A stretch of DNA of 64,000 nt. Origin: Octopus sinensis. Taxonomy: Eukaryota. Position numbers and translations under genes: made by a program. Positions 11,251 to 25,524 of the stretch are shown piece after piece (the first letter of the stretch is position 1; each line of letters opens with the position of its first letter). A model generated the notes under the pieces. It saw only the letters and a program-made list of their open reading frames with translations. It made no database searches and was not told where the DNA came from. Location: assembly GCF_006345805.1 (NCBI RefSeq), contig NC_043002.1, forward strand, positions 72,168,001 through 72,232,000. Reading direction: 5' to 3'.

Positions 11251-13707
11251 TATGTGGAAATTATTGACTGGAGTAGTCGCTGAACCAGTGTACGGACATC
11301 TGGAGAAAAATGGGGTCCTACCATATGAGCAGAAGGGTTGCAAGCGTAATTGCAGAGTTACCAAGGATCAACTCCTGGTAGACAAAACTGTACTTAGAGA
11401 CTGACAGAGGAAAACTAACTTAGCCATGTCATGGATCGATTATCGTAAGGCATACGATAAAATCCACATTCTTGGATTATGGAATGTATAAACCAATCTG
11501 GTATTGCATCGAATGTTGAGCGATTGTTTGGAAAAAACATGGCGAAGCGGAGGACGAAGTGGAGGAGCATATGGAAGAAGTTTAGGGACAGTAGGTATTA
11601 GGAGAGGCATCTTCCAAGGAGACTTGTCCCCACTAATCTTTGTACTGTGCTTGATACCACTAACACTGATTCTGGGGAAAGCAAAAGCTGAGTATGTATT
11701 CAAGAGCTGCCAACAAAATGTCAACCACTTGTTATTCATGGATGTCCTCAAACTTTATGGTAAAGATGAAGCCCAAGTCAGTTCCCTCGTTGATGCGGTG
11801 TATACTTTCAGTGTTGATATCAAAATAAAGTTCGGACTGAAAAAATGTGGTAAGTTAGTCTTGAAGAGAGGCAAAATCAAATGTATGAACGGTCTAGCGA
11901 TACCATCGGGGGAGGTTATGAAACAGATAGAAGAGACGGGCTATAAGTACTTGGGGATAGTGGAAAAGAATAAATTGATGGAGAAAGAAATGACAGAAAA
12001 ATTTAAGGTGGAGTACTTGCTCAGACTGAGACTGATCCGTAAGTCGAAATTGAACGGACGGAATAAGATCAAAGCTATCAAGACCTGGGCGGTTTCACTC
12101 TTTAGATATAGAGCAGGGGTAATCGCATGGACAGTAGACGAACTAAACAGCTTAGACAGAAAGACAAGGAAGTTGCTGCCTATATATGGTATACTCCATC
12201 CAAAAAGCGACACGGACAGACTGTATGTACCAAGAAAAAGAGGGGAAGAGGACTGATTGGATGCGAACACAGCATTAGAGCAGACGAAAGCAACATAGCT
12301 TGGTATGTAAAAAATACCACACAACCGCTATTATTGGAAGTAAGATCAGGCTTGTGTAGGATGGAAGATTACAAATATAAAGCACTGTACAAGCACTTGA
12401 GAATAAATGAAACTGAAAATAGGTGGATAAAGAAAACAATGCATGGACAATTTCATAGGGATGTTAAAGATAAGACAGGCAGAGAAAAAAGATTTCTGTA
12501 GATGACTAGAAGTGATTTAAATCCTGAAATGGAGGCTCTAATCTGTGCTTCCCAAAGCAAGCATTAAGAACCAATTACATCAAATACAGAATAGGCAACA
12601 TGTCAGAAAGTGATAAGTGCAGAATTTTTAGACAAAATGGTGAAACCGTATGGCATATTACCAGTCAGTGTATGCCACTAGCCCAAAAAGAATATAAGAG
12701 ATGTCATGGCAATATAGCAAGGATTTTCCATTGGACACTTTGCAACAAGTATGGACTTGACAGAGCAAAAAAGTGGTTCGAACATAAACACGAAGGCATC
12801 ATCGAAAATGATCATGCAAAGATCCTATGGGATTTTATAGTTCCATGCAACCATGAGATAGAGAATAGGAAACCAGACATAGTCTTAACTGAGAAAGAAA
12901 GCAAACAATGCTGGATCATAGATATAGCATGCCCAACCCAGCTGACAACAAGGTATGCGATTAGGAAGAAAGAAAAGTAGATAGTATAACGGGTTAACTT
13001 TGGAGATTAAGCAGCTGCGGTCGCTGAAAAAGGTGGTTGTAGTACCAATAATTGTCGAGGCCCTGGGAACAGTGAGTAAAAATCTCGAGAAGTACATGGA
13101 ACAAATAGCGACTGCAATAGGGGTGGAGCGCTTGCAGAAAACAGCACTCGAATACTCCGGATGGTGCTCGAAAAATAAGGGAGTGTTACCTTAGTACACT
13201 GGTAGTGAACAGCTGACACCGTAGTACATCTCCAGCGTTAGAAGCTGTGCAAAGACAATAATAAAAGGATAATAATAATCCTTTCTATTATAGACACAAG
13301 GCCTGAAATATCACTCTATTCGTAATTTTATGTATGTTATTTGATTCAATATACCATAAAATTCTGTGTACAATATGTATATATATTTCACCAAACTCAA
13401 GATTACAATTTTTGGCTCGTTTTCACAATGGCATTGGGCTGCAAAATTCACGATTGGCGACGAAATAACTTTGATAGGCCTAGCAGATTGATTGATTGAT
13501 TGATTGATGATTGATTGATTGATTGATTGACTGTCTGACTGACTGAATGACTGACTAACCGAACTTACTAATGATAATAAAACAAGTGAAGAGTGTATGT
13601 ATATATCATTGGCATAATGACCCTCCCGAGATGCTGCAATACACAAAAACGTAATACGTTATAAATATATTGTTTTCTACTATTTATCTATATACTTTAT
13701 AAAAATG

Positions 13708-13860
13708 TGAAGGCACAGAGCCAGGTAGTTAAAGTGTTAGATTCGAAAGCCTAAGGTCAATGGTTCCATATCGAGACTGGTCGGCGCATTGACTTTGAGC
13801 AAATTACTTCATTTTTTATTGCGCTTGTGTACTCAACTGAGAATGATTACAATTCCAGTC
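13708..13860 (+). mobile_element. Decayed tRNA-derived SINE
   Basis: Degenerate A/B boxes; body resembles 48257-48475. Confidence 0.5.
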
Positions 13861-16129
13861 CTGTTGCTTTGTTTCTCTCCCCAACTCGAACTGTCGCCTC
13901 CTCGGTGTCCTGCTGGGTCATGAATGGTAAAGGCAAGAGGCTTTTCTATATCCGCTCGTAACCGCATAGGCACTTTTAGCGAAAACGATTGAAAATCCTA
14001 CTAGGTCATACTCGGTTGTAAATATCTATTGAGACTGAAGGTATTTAAAATGAAATATCAAAATCTAATATACTAGCGTATAGTAAATTATCAGCCCTTG
14101 TGGCGTTTATATAACATAGATGATGTTATTGGTTATTAATACAATTGAGACCTAAAAATCAAGATACTTATTATACATGATAACATAATAAAATGGGTTA
14201 CGGATTAAAGTTTGGGCTAAAGTTAAAGTTTCTAAACTTACCATTAAAGTAAAATTCATTTCGCTATGTTTTAAAGACTTAAAATGTTTGAAAGTTTACA
14301 TTAGTTTATTTTATTTTACTTATCATAAGTCACATTCGTTTCTGCGTCGTTCTAAAATCGTACCAGAATCTATTAAAACCCTCTCGTACGAAAGTGCAAC
14401 CTACTGGTAAAGAGTGAAAATCCTGGTTTAATATCTCGTGACTATAATTATAACTTCTAGCAAGACCCGTGGAATTTCACATTTTATAAATGGTCTTATA
14501 TTTATCTTAATGCACATATTTATAGATCTTTATAATATAGTTTCATTAGATAGGTTTAAGGTTCTGATTATGTCTTCGATTTTGTTCCATACTTAAGTTT
14601 ATTTAAAGTGTAACACTAGAACTCATTTTATTATGATAAAATTTCGATTATGTCTTCGATTTCCTTCCATAGTTAAGCTTGTTTAAAGCATAAAACTCAA
14701 ACTTATGATGAAAAGCAGAATAATATAGATATTAATGGTTTCTTTTTCATGCAGAGCTTTAGAAATGTTGCATTAAATGAGAGAAAGACAGGGGGAGGGA
14801 GAGAGTAAGAGAGAGCTTAACTAGTCTCTGAGAATGTTGCTGCATGTTTAGATTAGTGTTTTGTTTGGAATCCAACAGTAATTTCAAGAAATCCTGATTA
14901 CATAAAGAAAAAAAAAGAACTTAGATCATAGGAAATGAAAAGAAATCATGCGACATGAGCTGATACGTAAAAGAAATCGAAGTCGTTCTTAGAACAATCG
15001 AAATTGGTAATATCATTACGCTAAAAAAAAATTCCCAAAAAAAATTTATGTAAAAGAAATGCTGAGGACATTTCTTCTTGATAGATCGATACAATACTAT
15101 TGAAATGATCGGCAGATGATAGTTGAAATGTGGGTGTGTGGGGGCGGTAGAGAAGGAGAAACTGCAATTCGACAGTAGATAGCAGACGGTTAAAAATATA
15201 TAAATAAATAAATAAATACATTGAAGATTATGTGGTAATGCCAAGTTGAGTGAGTGAATGTAGATTTTAGTGGTTACTTTAGTTTCGAAGTGAAATTTAA
15301 TCAACATCAGAAGCTGTCTTCCCGAAAGGCCATTAAATAGTGTGAAACAAAGTGGTACCAGCAACATAAAATGACTCATTTAAAGACTTGCGAGACTATT
15401 TGAAATAAATCAGCCGACCAACTTAAATTTGCAGTCACCCCTTCTTCCCTTCTCCGTTTGCCCGTCTTTCATTTCGTTCTTTAATTTTGTTTTCGTGTTT
15501 TCTTTCTTTTCTTCTCCAATTCTTTTATCCTCCGATTTCTTTTAAAATCTTCCTTTCTTCGTTTCATCTCTTTTACCATTCCCTCTGTCTTACTTTTCTC
15601 CCCCTTTTAATCACATTTGAATATCACTATATTTCTCTGGTTGAAATTTTAGGTCTTCGCAAAATAATAATAGTTACAGATATGCATGAGTATCAATATT
15701 GCTTTGTTCTTTAACCCTAGGTCAAAACTGATGGAAAAGACCTATGATCAAAGCCATCCTAAACATGACCTTATTCTCTTTCATTTTTTTTTTGTTTTGT
15801 TTTTTTTGCTATATTCTCAGATTCATGCAAACTTTTTCAATCTGACAGTGCATAACTGAATGGAAATTTGGCTTCTATTTCTATCAAGTCATACAGCCAT
15901 ACAGAGTCTCTCTCGTTGGTTGCTTACATATCTATATTACGTGTGTGTCCTCACTCGGATGTACAATTACCAACGGAAAAGACTGTGATTCGCTTTCGGT
16001 GGTCGGCTTCGTCAGTTTTCGTGGCACCTACTTTCATAGACATCTACTCAGTTCACATAACTGCAAACGAATACCATGTAAAGATACTCGTCTACAAACA
16101 ACTACCTTTATAATCACAATGTAATTATA

Positions 16130-16640
16130 GAGTAATTTGTTAGTTTGCAATCCGTCAACAATCTACACCAATACATCCCCTTTGTAGTGTGTCATCTTAG
16201 TCGGTGATGCTGTGTGTAAAGCTTGTTTGTACTGAAAACAGTATAATACGAAGTTGTTACTGTTGTGGTTTAAACATGATGAACCGGCCTTACTACTTTG
16301 TACTAAGGGCCATTCACAGCCTTCCATTTTCGGGTTGATAGACAGGCTGTGTTTTGAGGGAAATTTGACTGTTATATCTCGTACACCGAACAAACCACGT
16401 AGAAGCTCTCACTTTGGATCGGGAAATGAAAAGCAAGATGAAGTTAGCAGTGGTTATGAAATATTCGAATCATCATTGTCATCTATATTATAAGAACAAC
16501 GAACAACAAATGTTGGAGTGTGGACAGGATGTTGCCAGTGAACAACTTTGCCAGTAGGTACCAGCACCAAAATTCTTAAAGGTGAGAATCGCTAGTGTAT
16601 GATGGATGTCATAGGAGGAAAATATGAGTATCATAAAAGA
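16130..16640 (-). mobile_element. Possible very old CR1/Jockey-type RT relic
   Basis: Only loose, correctly ordered resemblance to GIRG..WI.SFL, GVPQG and LQ.DLD motifs. Confidence 0.2.
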
Positions 16641-17749
16641 CCATGGTTATAATCTTTTACATGTTGAATATGAGAGCACTTAGCCGTTAGTGGGAAGAGT
16701 CAGACAAGTTGCGGTTGCCTTTCGACGAAATACGACTTACTGTTGCGTGTTTATGTATTGATTGTGCCTTGACGACTAAGGAGAATTTTACAATTAATGA
16801 GTTGTAGGTGGCAGACGTACAAGAGTGGTAGACAAAATGTCTTGTGATATTTCATTACATCAAGTTACGATCTAAGTTATATTTCGCCACGGGAATTCTC
16901 ATTCTTCTAGGGTAAATTATAGAGGTCGATGAAATCGATTAAACCCTTGTCTAAAATGTGTTGCTTTCAACGAAAACTGGAAAGTACTACGCATTGTCAC
17001 TAATATGAACCAAGTTGTTAATTTAAAAAAGAAAACTGCTGGCTTCTCACTTGTCATAAAAATTCGATTCAAATTATCTGTATAAAATTAATAGAAAATA
17101 CAAGCCCGTTTTAAAAAATAATGAAATCTTAAAACATGTGGCATAAAATGGCAAAATATATCTTAGAAGAAATTTCCCAAACTGCTGCTTGTCAGTTGCA
17201 CCATTTCATTTCAATTGTCGATTTTTGTCCACACGTAGATGTTATTGCGGTTGTGGTTGACGTCGTTGTCGTCATTGTTTGTTGTCGATGTTATCATTGT
17301 TGTTTAGCCTCGTGTCAACTAGAACGAGCAGGCTAATAAAAGACGTTCCCTGTCGTGATCATTTCCTCTTATTTTCAAGGTCTAACTCAACCAACGTGTC
17401 TTCCCTTTTCAAATCGATTCTTTATGATCACTATATAGTTTAAGGCCGGGAGAGCAAGTTTAATGCACACACAACTCCTTTTCACTACGAAAAGATATCG
17501 TGCCAGTCAAGAATCTGCCTATACAACCGTTAGGTCATGGTCAAATTTGACCCATGAGTGGTCACTGTCATATCTAAAAGGGAATAGGATAGACACAGAT
17601 GTACCACGGGTTTACTTCATCAGAGTTTATCTGGATCTAAAAAGAGAAATATATTTTAATATCAAAATATCAATTGAATGCTACGATGTTTAACTTCTCT
17701 CATTTGTAATACATAATTTATGATCTAATGCTAAAAATGTTTTAATTTA

Positions 17750-20290
17750 TGAGTCAGTTAAAAATGGAATACGGAGATCTATTGAAACTCATTGTTTTAA
17801 GTAATGTACTACTAACCGATAACATTATGACACCTAGTTTTATTTTCCAGTAAAGAATTCCCTATAAACTTACTCACAACAATAAACCGTGAGGGATTTA
17901 ACAAAGAAAGTATCGATAAAACGAGTAGAAGACATCAACATAGAATAGAAAAAAAAAGTCTGGTAAATTAAAGTATGAGAAACAGAAATCTACTTCAGAA
18001 CATAAGTGAAAGAACTAAGATTATTGTGTTGAGTACTTCAAGGAAAATTAACAAATATTCGCACAGGATGATAATTAAATACAATTGAAACAAAAAATTC
18101 GACTGCAAGCATTCAAATACTTCTTGATAAATAATATCAAATAAAATGACAATTTAAAAGGTATTCGAGATAAGTGATAGTTTTCAAATCACTCCCGATT
18201 TGAATATAACTCCCGAAACTCCTGAAACTTCTATAGAGCATTGCGTTGTAACAGCATAAAAGCTTATGAGATACCCCTAAAGAAACATTTGAAACATTTC
18301 GGAGCCCCATTCTTGAAAACGAAGCTGAATATAACAAAAAGAGTAGCTAATGAAATAAGTATATTGCAATAACTGAAACTGAAAAAAATGACCCCTCATC
18401 TCTCCAAAGCCATATGATATTTCATTTGAGGCTTCCTTTAAACATAAGCGAAAATGTCATGGCCTTGACAACATTTAAAACGTTTGGCGCTTGTGGTCTC
18501 ACATAATGCACTACCAGGCAAAGCTCGTTTTCAAAACTCTCTTAAACAATTCATATCGCGTGTCTATTTTCCTGTACAGTAACAACGATCCACAAGAAAA
18601 TACTACCATCTCATCACATGTCTTCTAGGACTCAATAAACTACTTTCTAAAATACTACCCAACAGCATAACTGAATATTTACAAACATTTTTTTATAAAC
18701 TGCTATTCCTTCGGAGAGGAAGAGATCTATGCCAAAGTTCCAAGGGACAATCGACCAGCTTTTTCTTGAGAAAATAGTACTGGATGATGCCAACATACAA
18801 AACAAGAACATGATATCCGTCCCAATCAAGAATACGAACGTTTTTATTTCAGTTCTATCTGACTTGTTTCTCAAAATGATTAAAGTACATCCATGACACC
18901 ATGGTGAATTTCATTAAAAGAAATAATAATAATTGGCAATTGTGACTAGACTGTATTATTTACTAGGATAATCCAAAGGGATATTACTTCATTTTCCTCT
19001 ATGATTGTTACCTTGAAGTTAGCTAATAAACATAGCTACGTAGGATACTAAAGGGAAAGAGAAGATACAGGTTAATTGACCATGTTCGTTTCAGTGATGG
19101 CTTACAGTTGCATTCTGTGACCGGTCCCCAGCTTTGTAAGTCTCTTCGGTATCGTCAAGCGATTTAGCGAGAATATTACACGATGTTCTCTGGGCTTAAG
19201 AAATTCAGAAACTGAAAAAAAAAGACAAGGCAAACTTAGCAGTGGAACAAATTATTTGGAACTCCCTAGAACTGCGCAATTTTACATTTTAACGAATATT
19301 TAAGCTTTGTTGACAGTAAAACTGCAAAACATTAATATTTAACAGAGTAAAAAAATAATATAAAGCACATCTTAGTAAAAAAAAAAATCATTGTCTGTAC
19401 TCTCAAAACATTTGGTGTGTCATCTATAAAGTATATTGCTATGTTGCGACAGAACTCAATTCTATACACTGCAATACATGAAATCTTTTACAGAAAAAAC
19501 ACCACATACTACACCAATAACTCTGACATCTAAAGACAGTACATCCTTAGAAAGGAAGATTGTTAAAGTCTAGTGAGAGTGAGGGAAAAATATAAGAAAC
19601 GAGCCTTTAATGTTATCCGTTGCCTTTCCGAATTACAAAAAGACCTGCTAAGTACCGTTGTTTACTGTGTAAAATAAAGGTAACGATTTGTTTATATCGG
19701 CGAAATGAATTTATCACTTAAAGAAGCAAATGAAACGAATATGGTCAACCTGTTTACCATACAGGTGTATTTTTATAGAGACAGTATTTTCGCGAACTAT
19801 AAATAAAAGACTATTCATAGCCCGCCCGGCCTGAGTGTATAAATTTCTTCTGAGAGATACAGTAAAAACAATCTCATTTACGATACAGCAAACAGACTGT
19901 AATCACTAGATATAGTAAAGGGAATAATCCATAACAGCAATAATATAGATAACATGTCGTGAGCGTAGAGCATTTCCAGTGACAATACAGCATAACATAC
20001 AGTAGTAAAGCTGCTCTGTATATACACCAAATCTCAGCTGCTTCAAGAAACAGCTCTCTGATAATCATTTGAAACTCCGCCTTACTTAGAAAATGACAAT
20101 ATGAAAATACTACTGAACTTTAGCATACAGACAGACAACCGGAGAGCATTTGATAAGCTTCACATGATTCTCCATGACAACAATGACAATAGTGTAATAA
20201 TTATCAACGTAACAATACCAAATGACTGTAATGTTATTGAGAAGCTATGAAATTTCATCGACCTAGTTGTTGGACTAAAATATTACAGCA
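17750..20290 (+). mobile_element. Ancient, heavily decayed R4/Dong-type LINE relic
   Basis: Collinear degenerate motifs: ~18965 TRIIQRD (RGIFQGD), ~19075 LIDHVRFSDGLQL (HLLFMDDLKL), ~20090 ENDNMKILLNFSIQTD...KLHMILHD...IINVTIPNDCNVIEK (RLE domain). Confidence 0.6.
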
Positions 20291-21609
20291 GTTAAAGAAT
20301 GCGTCTATGATCTCATTTGTAAATAGGAGTGGAGTGATGTACATGCATTTCTATAAAGAAATTTCTATAAGGAATTTCTATGAATTACCTATAAGGTTAC
20401 TTTTAGAGTTTATATATTGGTTGGTATATCTACTGTTAGTATAATGAAATCGTGATATGTAATGTTCGTGTGTTATTTGCGGTTCGTTAGTTCTTTGTTG
20501 TTTTTCTCAATAGCCGTCTCATTTATGATGTTTATTTCCCGGTGTTATTTTTGTTATTGACTCGAGTGTAGACTGGTACTCATGCAGATATGAAAAATAA
20601 ACTCTTTTGATATTTTCATCATCAAAGGTATTCAAAAAGCGGGGAGGGGTCTTAGCTCTAATTTCTGTTAAACAGTGTCTATAACATTTAAACAAAATAA
20701 AATAGCTACAAACTGGAATTGAAACTAAGTTGTAAGAGTTGGTTGGTTTGCCAGACAGTTATTTTCTACTCTTAGTTTACTAGAATTTTTTTTAAATCAA
20801 TAGAACTTCCAAGAATATATAGAAAGAAGGCCAAAACAATAGTCGATGGTTTTAACTTTCATGTGCTAAGTAGTTCTTTTGATAAGTAGGTATGTGTATG
20901 CTTATGCGTGTGTTTATGCGTGCTTATGTATATCTGAGTCTTTCTCCGTGTGTGAGTGTGTATTCAGAAACACCAGATGTTTTTAAAGCAAGTGTTCTAC
21001 TTTTGAATACGAGCCCCATCAGAAAGAAACCAGATGTAACCATTTTGATGTATATTATATCGGAAAATAGATTTATGGATATTTCTTGTCTATAACTTTT
21101 GGGTATTGCTTTGTTATTGTATATTTTTATGTTCAACATTTTACTTGATTTCATTGTGTTTCTAGCCAATATCAGTAAGAATTATTTTCCTTGTCTTGTC
21201 TGATGATAAATTATTGAGTTGGAATTATAACATCTAGATAACTAATGAGAGTTACTCTGACTAGTGCTTAAAGTATGGTGTTTCAATTAGATTATAGACA
21301 CGGAGGAAATCTATTTGTAATTTTCGTATTGAATTATCAACTGCTATAACATTTAAGTTCTCTTATGAGTATCGTAACAGCTCAACCATTATAGGCTGAT
21401 AAATTAAATACCTGTCATTCATTGGAATAAGTAGTAGATTTAATGAAGGTATAAAGTGATTTCTTTCCAACCAATGTCTAAAAATATATAGATTCATATA
21501 CGATTTTTTCCTATTCATTTGAAATTAGTACTCGATGTTTCGAAATACCAAGTGTCGTATAAGTCCATTGGCAGTTGATATATTTCTATCTTATAAATAA
21601 ATGATGGTT

Positions 21610-22250
21610 AGTTCTGTCTTCGATTGTGAATATGTAAATGGCGTCTGAGGAGATTCAGAAACGCAAAGAATTTATTCCAATTCTCTGCGCTCAGAGTTAA
21701 AATCCCACCGAGAACAACATTGTGTTTCTTGCTCCCAGCGTCGATAAAAAGTATTAATTGAAAGTGCTGGGTTGATTGAGCAGTAAGAACATTGGACCAG
21801 ATACCTTGTGGTAGTAGTTCCAGCTCTTTCTGTTCAGAGTTCAAACACCATCATGACCTACTTGGTGTTAGCCTTACTCCGTCGCCCGATCTAACACTAT
21901 TATTAGACACCTTGGATGCGTTTAACAGGGTCCATTTTGTTGCAAGCCTTTGGATCTGGTCACTTGTGTGAGAATATTTTCCACCTCCCTCCAATCAGTC
22001 TCTCAATCTCTGTAAAGGGTCATGGGAACTGATTTCTCACCCGAGTAACACATGAAAAAATGTCACGACCATTGCATATTTCCTTTCCAAAGAATCTTGC
22101 TTAATTTGATTCCGGAAATTATTCTGCACAGGAATGATTTTCTGCTAATGCTAAGCTCACTGCCATCTCAAAAGTAACAAATAGTTTCTCATGAACATTC
22201 GGGACACTTTGCTTTTAGAATATTAAATGTCAATATGTATTGATTCTCCT
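21610..22250 (-). mobile_element. Possible hAT transposase relic
   Basis: Degenerate AENHS..FPES (cf. FPDS.IA), FIDAGS..NVVLG and RHLHIHN (cf. C.LH..HN) in the expected order. Confidence 0.3.
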
Positions 22251-22334
22251 ATATAATTCTGAAAGCACTGAAATCATTTTACTCACACTTGTCATCTCAG
22301 ACAATTCTTCTCCAAGTTTACTAAAGACGATGGA

Positions 22335-22530
22335 TCGGCATAATTGATTGAGCATCGAACGAAATACTTTGCGGTATTTGCTTCAGGTCTTTACATTCCG
22401 GGCCCAAATCCTGCCTAGATCAACTTTTGCTTTCATTTCTTCGGGGTCGATAAAATAGAGTACCAGTCAGGTACTGGTGTCAGTGTACTCGACAAACACC
22501 AATCTCAGAATAAATAGCTTTGTGTCTAAA
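22335..22530 (+). mobile_element. Decayed tRNA-derived SINE
   Basis: ttttgctttcatttcttcggggtcgataaaatagagtaccag core shared with 38123, 50008, 55933. Confidence 0.65.
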
Positions 22531-23849
22531 GTGTGACAAAGTGGAAAAATTGCCTCATACTATTTTGTTTTGGCTGAGATCAGCTTTGTCTTTCGTCCCA
22601 CTGAGTTGGATTAAAATGCGTAGAAGTCAAACACTAAAGTCAATTTAATAGACTATTTCAAACACAAAATTTCTGGCCTTGAACTTAGGTTAGAATTCAT
22701 TATAATTAAGTTTATACTTATGAAATTTTCATCATTACAGAAAAAAGCCATTAAACTTTATCCTATAATGTGTAATATTTCTTGTATTAACTCAAAACTA
22801 GATATTTGTAGAGAACAGTCGGCGAAATCGACACACAATTATGACAAGGTTTAATTGAATAACGCGTGGACGAATGAAATGAAAAGTTGTTCTCAGCGAA
22901 ATTGAAACATATATAAGCCACCTACTTTGAAAGTTCCCCAATACATAGAAGCTAATCGATAGAATAACAGTTAATTGTTACAACGACAACTTTCAACTTT
23001 TCTCTGTGATCTATTTAAATGTTTCCATATTCTTTTACACATCATAGACAGGACTAACAACTTCTAGCAGATGTCACGAGTTAGTGAATGTGATAAAACG
23101 ACAGCAGATGTAACTAAAGATATAAAATATGTTATGTACTAAGAATGATATTCATTTAATGAGTCTGCACTCAAGTTAACAATCAGAATCACATATCAAA
23201 TCCTAGATATCTTATAATAATTCTACTTGTCATTGCGTTACTTAGCCGGTCGGCAACGCTTTCACGTGGTTAGAGAAAAGAGAGAGAAAGAAGAGAGAGG
23301 GAGAAAAAGAGGAGGGAGAAAAGGCGAAGAGGTAGAGGGAATCTAATTGTAAAGCTTTCACGTGATTAACTGGCGGGAAAGAGAAGAGAAAGAAAAAGAA
23401 GAGAGAGAGAAAGAGAATAAGGTGAAGAGTGAGACAGAAAGAGGGAGAAAAGCGTCCATGATATGAGGTAAGAGAACGTAATAATTTTAGCAGAGGGTGA
23501 TGTTAAAGAAAGGCAGAGAGCGGGGGAGAAAGAGAGGAGGGGAGAGAGATGGTGGACGGTGAGGTGGTGGTATTGGTGGTGGAGGTGGGGGCGGTGGTGA
23601 TTGGATAAGGAAAGTGTATTTTGTTAATTGAACTAAGTTTTCTACATCACCTATCACTTAACGCATGCGCATAAGTGCAATTCTGTGAAATATTCACGCT
23701 TATTTACGTGGCAGATATATGCAATTTAACTAAGGGTTGTATCATATGTACAGGATTTTTTGTTTGTTTATAGGGAAAATGGAAAAATAGTAGTAGTATA
23801 GTAGTAGTAGTAGTAGTAGTAGTAGTATTTACTTTTAATCTGCATGTTT

Positions 23850-24500
23850 GTTACAACCACTTGCTGAGACACACCAAGCGTCCTAGGGCGAGTGACGGAT
23901 AAGAGATGTTACAGTATGACTGAGAGCTTGGGGAGGGGAAGTTGCAGGAGCTGTAGCAAAAGATCTCCATGTAATACAGCATATAGGGTTTTTCTAAAGA
24001 TGTGGGCAGTACTTCATAAGGCTTTTCTAAGGATGTTGGCAGTACGTCAGCACAATCTTTTGGATTTCTCTGGAACATGGTTCTCTTAAATTACTATCTA
24101 GATGTTTCTGACATCCCTTTTTTTATCACACCTAGGGCACCCACAATAACAGGAACAGTTCTCACTTTAAGATGTCATATCTTCCGTATTTTAATTTCCA
24201 GGTCCTTATATTTACTTAATTTGTCAAATTCCTTTACAGACATATTTTTATCAGTAAGAACACTTACATCTATTAGTCTACAAGTATGTTATTCCCAGTC
24301 TTCAGTGACTATATCTGGTCGGTCAGCCTGGATTTTTCTCTCGGTATTGACTGGAAAATCCCAGTGGATAGTGACATTTTTAACTTCAACGACTAACTCA
24401 CGAGGATATTCATACCAGTAAGCAGAAGTGCTGATTTTGTAGCATTTACATATTTTCCAATGTAAATACTGTCCTGCCCTATCGATGTGATTTTTGTATT
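23850..24500 (-). mobile_element. R4/Dong 3' fragment (further family)
   Basis: Minus translation HIDRAGQYLHWKICK, HWDFPVNTERKIQADRPDIV, IDVSVLTD, KLSKYKDLEI, VGALG; 33-bp tandem duplication of the TAHILRK segment. Confidence 0.85.
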
Positions 24501-24501
24501 T

Positions 24502-24585
<84 letters not shown>

Positions 24586-24587
24586 TT

Positions 24588-24624
<37 letters not shown>

Positions 24625-24664
24625 CCATCACCATCACCATCATCACCACCACCATCATCATCAT

Positions 24665-24702
<38 letters not shown>

Positions 24703-24730
24703 TATCATTATCATTATCATTATCATTATC

Positions 24731-24769
<39 letters not shown>

Positions 24770-24898
24770 GTTATTGTCATTGTTGTTGTCATTGTCGTTG
24801 TTGTCGTTGTTGTTGTTGTTGTTGTTATTATTATTATTATTTATTATTATTATTATTTATTATTATTATTATATATTATTATTATTTTTATTATTATT

Positions 24899-24932
<34 letters not shown>

Positions 24933-24951
24933 CCATCACCATCACCATCAT

Positions 24952-25036
<85 letters not shown>

Positions 25037-25163
25037 GTCATTGTCATTGTCATTGTCATTGTTATTGTCATTGTTGTTGTCATTGTCGTTGTTGTCGTTG
25101 TTGTTGTTGTTGTTGTTATTATTATTGTTATTATTATTATTATTATTTTATTATTATTATTAC

Positions 25164-25204
<41 letters not shown>

Positions 25205-25206
25205 TT

Positions 25207-25237
<31 letters not shown>

Positions 25238-25262
25238 CCATCACCATCACCATCATCACCAC

Positions 25263-25344
<82 letters not shown>

Positions 25345-25477
25345 GTCATTGTCATTGTCATTGTCATTGTTATTGTCATTGTTGTTGTCATTGTCGTTGT
25401 TGTCGTTGTTGTTGTTGTTGTTGTTATTATTATTGTTATTATTATTATTATTATTATTATTTTATTATTATTATTAC

Positions 25478-25524
<47 letters not shown>

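Larger units (their letters stand above)
9000..13260 (+). mobile_element. R4/Dong family D, long decayed copy interrupted by mariner
   Basis: ORF pieces 9451-9930, 11253-11404, 11504-12256, 12600-12980 give N-terminal region, RT (RGIFQGD, HLLFMD), CCHC-like and RKPDIV..IIDIACP; ends at AAT. Confidence 0.9.
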
